This document shows positions 12,701 to 24,700 of a stretch of 61,613 nucleotides of DNA, one piece after another. The stretch covers positions 617,924-679,536 of the forward strand of contig MU054204.1 of assembly GCA_013239625.1 (NCBI GenBank). Reading direction: 5' to 3'. The stretch comes from Lama guanicoe. Its lineage: Eukaryota. Below the pieces are notes generated by a model. It worked only from the letters and a program-made list of their open reading frames with translations. It was not told the origin of the DNA and searched no databases. A program made the translations under genes and the position numbers. The first letter of the stretch is position 1, and the number at the start of each line of letters is the position of its first letter.

Positions 12701-15700
12701 TTTCTGTCACTCTCTCCCTCCCTCACTCCACAGCAGCCATGCTATTCTCTTCCCTGTCCTCAGACACCCCAGGTAACCCTCCTTCTCTGGATCCTAGCAC
12801 TTATTCTTCCATCCACCCACCCCCCAAAAAAACCTCTTCCCCCAGATATCTGCATTGCTCACTTCCTCACTTCATTCAAGTCTCATCTCAAATATCACCT
12901 CCCTAGAGATGCTATCCCTTACCACCTTGTCTAAAATAATGCCACCTTCAGTCTCCATCCCTTTCCTGCTTTATTTTCCTTCGTATCAAATTATTTTCTA
13001 TATTTTTTGTCATAGTCTGTCTCCTTCCAAATGTAGGTTCCATAAGAGCAAAGATTGTTTCTATCTTGTCCACCACTGTATTCTCAGAACATAACAAGGA
13101 CAGGCATAGAGAATGCCCTCAATACATATTTGTTGAATGAATGAATGAGTTAATGTCTTAACTACCATTGTGTTAACATATTACCTTTTGTTAAAAAAAA
13201 ATGTTGGGGAGAGGGTATAGCTCAGAGATAGAGCACATGCTTAGCATGCACAAGGTCCTGGGTTCAATCCCCAGTACCTCCATTAAAATAAATGAATAAA
13301 AACCCCTAATTACCTCCCTCCTTCCAAAAAAAACCAAGACAAAACAAAACAAAAATGTTGAAAAGTGTACTACTTTGGGATAAGGTGTTCAGGTAGAGTA
13401 ATTATTTCCAAGCTATGCTACTAAAGGGACATAGCAGCCCCCTCTTGTAGCTATGAGCCCTAGCAAGCCCTGAAAGTTTGGTGCATGACTGGCTAGGATG
13501 CCTTCAAGCTTTGCTGGCCAGTAAGTAGAACTTGGCCCAGAGAGGAAGCCTGCTTTAGATTTTTCCAGGCAAAACAACCATGAAGTCCACTCAAGTGAGC
13601 AGTCTTTCTTCAGGCTCCCTTTCACCCAGGCTACAACAAATGGGCCATTTCCACCCACCTCCCTCCCCTGACCCACCCGATTCAGGAGCAAGCCACAGGC
13701 TTTTTCCTCTTTGCATTTATTTTTGCCAGGGCATCCCTGGCAAGTCACGAGCTCAGAGCTTTGGGAGCTCACGATTTGTTTAGCATCTCCTGTGAGTCCA
13801 TTGCTCACTGCCAGTCTCCCTGCCAACAGGCTGTATGACTCAGCATGAGCTGGCAGGCTTTGGCAATTTAGACTGCTATAACTTCACTTCTCTACGGGGA
13901 ACTTCAGTGTTGGGGATTATTAAAAGCCTCTCTCTTGTCCAGACAATTTCCCTATAGTCTTGTTTCCCCCTAAAAGTTGGTATGATAACTTAGATGACTC
14001 TGCCAGAGCCTTTGAGGAGTAACTAAAATTCCCCTCTTCACCCCACACTGATATGTTCTACCATTAGCTCCTGGCTAAAAGGCAGCCTTTCCTCCACATT
14101 TCTCCTGACCTGGTATCTTCTCAGTGTGAGAACTGAGATATCCTAGGTAGAGAGAGGACTAGTTGGTGCACCAATCCCCATCCTGGGCTCTCTACCTTCT
14201 CCTTCCTCAGTTTCCCCTTGGCATTTTATTGATCTTTGGTTGTGGCACCAATTTTCTTATTCCTTGTGTTCCAACATACTCTTGTGTATGAGGCTTTCTC
14301 CCCAGCTTAAGGGCTAGGGATTGACCCCTAGAAGTATTTAGCATGATGATTGGCACGTAGTAGTTGCTCAGCAAATGTTGGTTGCCTGGCAACAGCTGGG
14401 CAAAGACCAGCTGTTATTTTTTTTTAAATAAAAGCCCCTTTGGATTATGTCTTGATTTCCCCTCTGGTCCTCAGTCTTAGAGGCACAAGGAAGCTGTGGG
14501 AGGTGTTGGATTCCTTATTACCTTGATTGTGGTGATGGTATCATGAGTGTTGGCGTATGTCTAAACTCATTAAACTGTACACATTAAATATGTGCAGTTC
14601 TTTGTATATCAGTGATACCACAGTAAAGCTGTTTCTTAAAAAGTCTGTGAAATTTGATGCTAAGTCATGCCTTGCTTCCATCTCAACAGCCCTTTTCTCT
14701 TTTTTTCCCTCTTCTTTCTGTTGTGTGCATGTATTAGGCCAATTAGTAGTATCTTCAGACTTCTGGAATCTCGATTGGTCTTCAGCCTGTTCATGTCCCC
14801 TTCTCATCTTCATCAACTCCAAAAGCGGCGATCACCAAGGGATCGTCTTCCTCCGGAAATTCAGGCAATACCTTAACCCATCTCAAGTGTTTGACCTGTC
14901 GAAGGGTGGACCTGAAGCCGGGTAAGCATGGGGTATGGGATATGGTTGGGTCTATAGAAGGGACTCCCCCTTGTATGCATTCTAGACTAGGTTAGGCTCC
15001 CTGGAATTAGTTCTAGGACCTGGGCAAGAAAGATCTCTTTTCTCAAGTCAGAACACAGACACAACTTTTCAGGTGGATGGCTGGAGAACTTATAGCCCTC
15101 TCCCAGAAATCCTTTCAAGATGTCCTACTCTTAGATTTCCTTCACCTTTTCCAGTTGGAAGAGGTAAAACTATGTCTCCTGACTTAGAGGAGGAGACAAA
15201 TGGATATTGCTGTCCACATTTCCTGTCACTCATTCTCTCTTTTTCCCAGGGCCAAGTAGATATATCTCTACTACAGGCCTGTTTTATTTGTGGACCGTCT
15301 GTCTGTTCAGTCCTGGTTTCTGTGAACCCACTGGCCACTGTGCAAGGCATTCTTCCTGGGCCTCAGCTAGTAGATTTGGCTAGGTGGCTAGTAGCTTCCA
15401 GAACAAGGTTGGGCACAGAAGAGTCAGGCTGAGTTGAGGCCTGACTGCCAGGATTACGTGTGGGAGAACTGATTATGATCTTAGGGGTTAAGAGAAAAGA
15501 AGAGAGATAGGGGTTAAAGGAAAGAAGGCAGGTAGCCTATTAGCAGGGTGCAGAAGCAGCCGTCCTTGGCCCTAGCACATTGTAGGAAAGAGTTGTAAAA
15601 GTCATCAGTTCATTAAATGACTCCCTTTCCCTCTCTTTCTTCCAGGCTCTGCATGTTCAAGAACTTTGCTCGCTTTCGCATTGTGGTTTGTGGTGGAGAT

Positions 15701-18700
15701 GGCAGCGTGAGCTGGGTCTTATCTTTGATTGATGCCTTTGGATTACATGAAAAGGTGAGTCCCTAGCTGACTTAGCTTAGACTCCATGCTAGATGTACTC
15801 GGGGGTGGAACTGCTTATCCCAAGGAGTCCCTGGTCTTTACTCTCCTTGTCTGAAAAATACACATTTCCTACTGGTTTCATAGTCAACCTGACTGGTAGA
15901 TTCGCAATCTAAGCCTGCTCATCTATACCATTTTCTGGTTGTCTATCTGTGGGAAGGAGAAATGAAAAAGTTAGCAGAAAAAAATGAGCAGTGTTCTGTT
16001 CCCCAAGTCCCAAAGTAAGGACTTGAAGTGGAGGAAAGAAAGCAAAATAGAAGTGGCATCAGGAAGCATTCAGCCCCCAATTCCCTACCCCTCCTGAGGC
16101 CACTGATTTTCTTCCCTGAAGTCTCAAGAGTAGCAGAAACATTCCTCTACCTCTCCCCCATCTCTGTAAGCAGCCCCCTGCCCTTCTGCCTGAGGAGCTT
16201 TGTCTCCTTGAAGCATCTCACCTCCTTGGCCCAGCCTAGATAGAAATTTGTGGCTATATTTCTCTTTTATAAGCATGGCTATAAATATTGGCATATTCCA
16301 ACAACTTTTCCCCTTACTGAGTAGGTTCTGTATTGCCAAGACCTAATTCCTTAGGGAAAATTTTACTCAACATCAAGCATCTTCCTAAAATCAGAAGTCC
16401 CTTAATGCCACTGGCTTTGAGACCATATTCTTTCCCAGATAGCACCTGCTGTGTTCTTTTATGGTTGGATCGTGGTAAGATTGTCTGAAAAGGGTACTTG
16501 ATTTTGTTCTTGCAGTGTCAGCTGGCAGTCATCCCGCTTGGAACCGGTAATGATCTGGCCCGTGTCCTAGGCTGGGGTGCATTCTGGAACAAAAACAAGT
16601 CGCCTCTGAACATCCTCAACAGAGTGGAGCAAGCTAGTGTGAGGATTCTAGACAGGTGAGTGGCTGAAAGATCTCAGGCTGTTGTGGCTCTTCCAGTCCC
16701 ATGCCAGTTACTCCCAGTTACATCATCTCAATCAGGAATGCTCCAAACTCCCTCACAGAGCCTCATTGCCTTTCTGGCTTCAGTACAGGGAAATCTTGGG
16801 GACCTTGTCTATTAAGAAGCCAAGGTCTACCATGTATTCTTTAAACATCACTGAATCCCCTCTTCAAATTTATAAGATCCTAGAGCAGGAACCCCATTGG
16901 TAAAGTTCAAGGGTTCTGTTAACCTCCCTCAAAGTGCAAAGCTAATTATCTGTGTAAGCATATTTTTTTTCCTTGAGAAAGTTTCCATCTTTCTAGTCTA
17001 TTCTAGGATAGTATAGAAACTATTCTATGGCTTCATTAGGTTCTCAAAGAAACTGAAAACAATGAGGGTTCATAAACAATAGGCCTAGATTATCTGTGCT
17101 CTAGAGAAGAGAGAGTTATTGCCCTCCAATCTTCTAAGAAAGACTTTCTATGTAGGGGCATAGTATTTGATTTATGGCTGCTCAGAAAGATATCCTGGGG
17201 AGCTTTTTCAAGGTACCAAGCTGGGCCCTACCACAAATATTCAGTAGTTCTTGGATTGGGCCCTGGTATGTGTCTTTTACAAAAGTACCTGAGATCATCT
17301 TGATAGTTACCACTGCTTGAGAAGCACAGCTCTCTGTGAACTCCGTGATGGAATTCCTTCCATCACACTGGCCTTGAGAAGTCATGAGGCAGAGGTCCCT
17401 CTTGGGGTACACCTTGAGATCAGGTGACCGGAGATAGCTTGTACATGCCCTACCACTCATCATGCCCCACCACATAAAACATTTTGACCTCTTTCTTGGC
17501 ATGTGAAGCATGATGCCAGTCTTTAATGAAACAGAGCCCTCAAGATCTTTCTTTAAACTTCATTTTAGATGGAGTGTGATGATCCGTGAGACTCCCAGAC
17601 AAACCCCATTGCTAAGAGGACAAGTTGAAATGGACGTACCCCGATTTGAGGTAACTACTGCCTACCTATAATTCAGGCCAATATCTTTATTACACATAGA
17701 AATAATAGGCAAAACCCAGAGAGAGGCTTTTGTATTGTCCATGGGTTTGAAGAGGAGGAGATCATTGAGGATTGGGGACATTTCAATCAGCAGTTATTTA
17801 CCAAAAATTGTGTTAGGTGTTGGAGCTATAATTTGGTCAGCCATTTAATTATTTATTCACTCAAAATATTTATGGAACAACCTAAGTGTCCATCAACAAT
17901 GAATAGATAAAGATGATGTGGTATATATATATATAACAGAATACTATTCAGCCATTTTTTAAAAATCCAGTTTTGCCATTTGCAGCAATACAGATGGACT
18001 TGGAGGGCGTAAGTGAAAATGCTAACTGAAATAAGTCAGACAGGGGAAAATAAGTACTGTACGATATCACTTACATGTGGAATCTGAAAAATACAACAAA
18101 CTAGTGAATGTAATGTAAAAGAAGCAGACTCACAGATATAGAGAGCAAACTAGTGGTTACCAGTGGTGCAGAGAACAACGTAGGGGTAGGGGAATAGTAG
18201 GTACAAACTACTGGCTGTAAGATAGGCTCAGGGATGTATTACACAACTTGGGGAATATAGCTGATATTTTGTAATAACTGTAAATGGAAAGTAACCTTTA
18301 AAATTGTATAAAAATTTTAAAAATTAAAAAAAGGATGAAAAATATGTTTATTAGAACTATTTGTAATAACATAAATTACAAGCAACTTAAAGAAAAATAA
18401 ATTCAAAGTCCTTACTGTAAAACATAAAATAATTTATGGAAAATATTTATGGATTAACTACACAATGTGTGAGATACTGTTCTAGGAGCTGTTCTTATAT
18501 GCTAATTGGTAAAGAAGAATGATACAGTCAATGCTGTCCTGGAGCTCATAGTCTACTTGCAGTGGTAGAAAAATAATTTGATAAAGTAGTATGAGTGTTA
18601 GTATATAAGGAAATAGAGGGGAATGGGAATACCCAGCAGGTGTACCTAGCCCAGTCTCAGTGAAATCAGGGAAGACTTCCCAGAAGAAGTGACATTTTGG

Positions 18701-21700
18701 AAGAGATACAAGGACCAAAGGGAGTTAATCAGGATAATAAGAAAGAAGAGGCCTGTTCCAGACAGATGGAACAATGTGTGTTGTTACAAAGGAAAGAGAC
18801 AGCAAGTAGTATTCACAGAACATAAATATATTTGTAGTGGCTGAGGCATAAGTGCCAGGGAGTGGGTATGCAGGGAAAGTGACCAAAGATGAGGCTGGAA
18901 AAGTAATCAGGGGCCAGGCCAGGAAAGACCTGGTAAACCATAGCAGAAGTTTAAACTTGTAAAAAAATTTTAGTTGATTTACAATATATTAGTGTCAGAT
19001 ATACAACATAGTGATTCAATATTTTAAAGGTATTACAAAATAATAGCTATATTTCCCTGTGCCATATAATATATCCTTATTGCTTATTTATTTTATACAC
19101 AGTAGTTTATATCTCTTAATCCCATACCCCTACCTTGCCCTTCCCACTTTCCCTCTCCGCACTGGTAACCACCAGTTTGTTCTCTTATTTGTGAGTCCAT
19201 TTCTGTTTTGTAATATTCATCCTTTTGTTTTATTTTTTAGATCCCACAGATATAGGTAACATAGAGTATGTGTCTTTCTCTGTTTGACTTATTTCACTAA
19301 GTATAATACCCTCTAGATTCATCCATGTTGTTGTAAATAGTAAAATTTCAGTATAAACACACACACACACATACATACATTCCACTTTTTTATCCATTCA
19401 TTTGTTGGTGGATATGTTCCATGTTTTGGTCATTATAAATAATGCTGCTAATAAAACTGGGGTACATGTATCTTTTCAATTACGTGTTTTTATTTCTTCA
19501 AATATATTCCTGGGAGTGGAATTTCTGGATCATATGGTAGTTCTATTTTTAGTTTTTTGAGGAAATACTGTTTTCCATAGTGGCTACACCAATTTACATT
19601 CCCATCAACAGTGTACTAGGGTACCCTGTTCTCAATATCCTCACAAACACTTGTTTGGTGTCACCATTCTGACAGGTGTGAGTACCTCACTGTGGTTTTT
19701 ACTTGCATTGATCAGAAGATTAGTGATGTTGAGCATCTTCTCAGGTGCCTGTTGGCCATCTGTATATCTTCTTTGGAAAAATGTCTATTCAGGTCTTCTG
19801 CCCATTTTCTAATTGGGTTGTATGGTTTTTTGATGTTGAGTTGTATGGGTTGTTTATACATTTTGGATATTAACCCCTTATTGGTCATATCATGTGCAAA
19901 TATTTTCTCCCATTCAGTAGGTTGCCTTTTCATTTTATCAGTGGTTTCCTTTGCTGTGCAAAAGCTTTCAAGTTTAATTAGGTCCAATTGGTTTATTTTT
20001 CTTTTTGTTTCTTTTGCCTTAGGAGGCAGATCTGAAAAAAATATTGCTGTGATTTAGGTAAAAGAGTATACAGCCTATGTTCTCAGTCTATGTTCTAGGA
20101 TTTTTGTGATTTCAGGTCTTACATTTAGGTTTTTAATCCATTTTTAGTTTATTTTTGTATATAGTATGAGAAAATGTTCTAATTTTGTTCTTTTACATGT
20201 AGCTGTCCAGTATTCCCAGCACCAGTTATTGAAGAAACAGTCTTTTCTCCATTGTATATTCTTGCCTCCTTTTTGTAGATTCATTGACCATAAGTGTGTG
20301 GATTTATTTATGGGCTCTCTGTTCTGTTCCATTGATTTATGTGTCTGTTTTTATTCCAATACCATGCTGTTTGACTACTGTAACTCTGTAGTATAGTCTG
20401 AAGTGAAAGAGTGTGATACTTCCCACTTTGTTCTTTTTTCTCAAGATGACTTTGGCAATTCCAGTTCTTTTGTGGTTCCATATAAATTTTAGGATTATTT
20501 GTTCTAGTTCTATGAGAAATATCCTGGGTATTTTGATAGGGATTGCATTAAATCTGTTGCTTCAACTACTATGGACATTTTAACAATATTAATTCTTTCA
20601 ATCCTAAACACGGGATATACTTCCATTTCATTATATCATCTTCAATTTCCTTCATCACTGTTTTATAGTTTTCAGAGTATAGGTCTTTCACTTCCTTGGT
20701 TAAGTTTATTCCTAGGTATTTTATTCTTTTTGATGTAATTTTAAACAGGATTGTTTTCTTGCTTTCTTTTTCTGATAGTTCATTATTAGCATAAAGGAAA
20801 GCAACAGATTTCTGTCTGTTCATCTTGTATACTGTAACTTTACTAAATTCATTTATTCTAATAGTTTTTTGGTGGAGACTTAAGAGTTCTCTCTATATAG
20901 TATCATGTCATCTGCAAATTATGACAGTTTTACCACTTTCCTTCCAATTTAGATGCTGTTATTTCTTTTTCTTTTCTGATTGCTGCAGCTAGGGCTTCTA
21001 ATAATATGTTAAATAGAAGTAGCAAGAGTGGATATCCTTGTCTTGTTCCTGATTTTAGAGGAAAGGCTTTCAGCTTTTCACCACTGAGTATGGTGTTGGC
21101 TGTGGGTTAATTGTAATGGCCTTAATTATGTTGAGATATTTTCCCTCTATAGCCACTTTGATGAGAGTTTTTATCATGAATGGATGTTGAATTTTGTCAA
21201 ACACCTTTTCTGCATCTACTGAGATGGTCATGTGATTTTTATCTTTCCTTTTGTTAATGTGGTATATCACATTGATTGATTTGTGAATGTTGATCCACCC
21301 TTGTGAACCTGGAATAAATCCAACTTGATCATGGTGTATGATTATTTTTATATGTTATTGGATTTGATTGCTAATATGTTGTTGAGGATTTTTGCATCTA
21401 TATTCATCAAAGATATTGGACTGTAATTTTCTTTTTTGTGGTGTCTTTGTCTGGTTTTGATATCAGGGTAATAGTGGCCTCATAGAATGAATTTGTAAGT
21501 GTTCCTTTCTCTTCAGTTTTTTGGAATAGTTTTAGATGATAGGTATTAACTCTTTTTTGTATGTTTGGTTCAACTTCATTATGAAGCCATCCAGTTATGG
21601 ACTTTTGTTTACTGGGAACTTTTTTTAATTACAAAATCAAATTTTTGTAATCAAAAGTGATTAGTCTGTTCAGAATGTCTATTTCTTCCTGATTCAGTCT

Positions 21701-24700
21701 TGGAAGATTGTATATTTCTAGAAATTTGTCCATTTCTTCTAGGTTGTCCAGTTTGTTGACATATAACTGTTCATAGTATTCACTTACTATTTTTTTAATC
21801 TCTGCGGTTGTGTTTGTTACATTTCCTCTTTCATTTCTTATTTTGTTTACTTAGGTCCTCTCTCTCCTCCTCTTAGTGAGCCTCACTAAAGCCTTTATCA
21901 ATTTTATCCTTTTAAAGAACCAGCTTTTGGCTTTGTTGATCTTTTCTATTGTTTTTGGACTCTATTTTATTTATTTCCTCTCTGAACCGTGTTATTTCTT
22001 TTCTTCCACTGACATTGGAGGCTTTGTTCTTTTACTGATTCTTTTAGGTGGTAGGATAAGTTGTTTATCTGAGATTTCTCTTGTTTCTTGAGGTAGGCCT
22101 CTATCACTGTAAAAGTCCCACTTAGAACTGCTTTTGCTGTATTTCACAGATTTTGGAAAGTTTTGACTCCATTTTCATTTGTATTTTTGGATTTCCTCTT
22201 TGATTTCATTATTGTCCCATTGTTTTTTGTTTTGTTTTGTTTTTTAGTATCATGTTGTTTAGTCTCCACATGTTTGTGTTTTTTCACTTTTCTTCCTGTA
22301 ATTGATTTCTAGTTTCATATTGTTGTGGTCAGAAAAAAATGCTTGATATAATTTCTAGCCTCTTAAATTTGCTGAGGTTTGTTTTGTGGCTTAGCATGCT
22401 ACAATGTATATCAAAGACTGTTCTGCCTATGTTCTCTCCTAGGAGTTTTATGGTTTCAGGCCTTACGTTTAGGTCTTTAACCATTTTGACTTTATGTTTG
22501 TATATGGTTTGAGGAAATGTTCTAATCTCATTGTTTTACATGTCGCTGTCCAATTTTCCCAGAACCACTTGTTGAAGAGACTGTCTCTCACTTTCAGTGT
22601 ATGTCTGTCTTTAGATCTGAAGTGAATCTCTTGTAGGCATTTTGTGCATATATATGTATATATGTATTTTTTGATATATGTGTTTTGTATTTGTATCCAT
22701 TAAGCCATTCTGTCTTTTCATTGGATTGTTTAGTCCATTTACATTTAAAGTAATTATTGATAATTATATACTTATTGCCATTTTGGTAGTTGTTTGGGAG
22801 TTTTGTCATTCTTTTTTATCCCTTATTTTTTGTGCTCTTCCCTTGAGATTTGATGATTATAGTGTTGTTTTTGGAATCCTTTCTCTTTTTTGTGTGTAAA
22901 TCTATTACAGATTTTTTAAATTTTGGTTACCATAGGGTTCATATATGTTCATCTATATCTATTTGTTTTAAACAGGTAGTCCTTTGAGTTCAAACACATT
23001 CTTAAAGATCTACCTTTTTTACTCCTTCCCCACAACACTTTGTAATTTGATGTCATATTTTACACTTCATGTTTACCCCTTTACTGATTATTGTATTTAT
23101 AATTTATTTTACAATTTTTCTTCTTTTACTCATTGTACTAGTTTATATAAGTAGTTGATCTTCAGCCTTTACCATGTATTTGCCTTTATTAATGGGATTT
23201 TTCCTTTCCTATGCTTATTTCTTTTAAAAAATTGTTTTTATTGAAGTATAGTTGGTTTACAATATTATATTGTATAGGATAGTGATTCAATACTTTTGCA
23301 ATTATACTCCATTGTAGGTTATTACAAGATAATGGCTATAATTGCCTTACTATACAGTATATCTTTGTTGCTTATCTATTTTATTCATAGTACTTTCTAT
23401 TTGTTAATTCCATACCCTAATTTGCCCTTCTTCCCTTCTTTCCCTTCAGTAAACACAATGTCTGTAAGTCTATTTTTGTGTTGCATACATATGTCCATTT
23501 GTATTTTTTAGATTCCACATGTAAGTGATATCATACAGTATTTGTCTATTTCTGACTTATTTCACTAAGCATAATATTCTCTAAGTCCATCCACATTGCT
23601 GCAAACGGCAAGATTCCATTCTTTTTTATGGCTAATATTCCATTTTGTGTGTGTATGTATTAAGATATGATATGTATAAGAATTTGGTATATATACATAT
23701 ACTTTTTTTTGAGGAACCTCCATACTGTTTTCCATAGTGGCTGCACCAATTTACATTCCCACCAACAGTATACAAGGGTTCCCTTTTCTCTACATGCTTG
23801 CTGCAATTTATTATTTGTAGACTTTTGATGATAGCCATTCTAACAGGTGTGAGTTGATCTCATTGTTATTTTGATTTGCATTTCTCTAATAATTAGTGAT
23901 GTTGAGCATCTTTACATGTGCCTATTAGCCATCTGTATGTCTTTTTTGGAAAAATGTCTATTCAGGTCTTCTGCCCATTTTTTGATTGGATTGTTTCTTT
24001 TTTTGATATTGAGTTATCTGAGTTGTCTGTATATTTTGGATATTAACCCCTGTTGGCAACATCATTTCCAAATATTTTCTCCCCTTTCATAGGTTGTATT
24101 TTTGTTTTAATGAATGTTTTATACTGTGCAAAAGTTTCAAGTTTAATTAGGTCCTATTTCTTTATTTTTGCTTTTATTTCTTTTGCCTTGGGAGACTGAT
24201 CCAAAAATAAATAATGTTACAAATAATTTTGACAAATAAATAATGACAAAATAATTTTTGTCAACAAGTGTTCTATGTTCTCTTCTAGGGGTTTTTTGGT
24301 GGCATGGCTTACATTTAGGTCTTTGAACCACTTTGAGTTTATTTTTTATATGGTCTGAGGGAATATTCTAATCTCATTGTTTTACATGTGGCTGTCCAGT
24401 TTTCTCAGTACCACTTGCTGAAGAGATTGTCTTTTCTCCATTGTATATTCTTGCCTCCTTTGTCATGAATTAATTGACCATAGCTGCATGGGTTTATTTC
24501 TGGGTTCCTTGTTCTGCTCCATTTATCTGGGTGTCTGTTTTTGTAGCAATGCCATGCTGGGTTTTTTTTGTTTTTTGTTTGTTTGTTTGTTTGTTTGTTT
24601 TTGTTTTTGTTTTTGTTTTGTTTTTGCCATGCTGTTTTGATTACTGTGTCGTTGTAGTATATTCTAAAGTCTGAGAGAGTTATACCTCCAGCTTTGTTCT

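Noticed and set aside
13413..13826. Longest non-repeat ORF (137 aa, minus strand)
   Set aside because: Non-ATG start, no recognisable domain and intronic antisense position make it compatible with chance.
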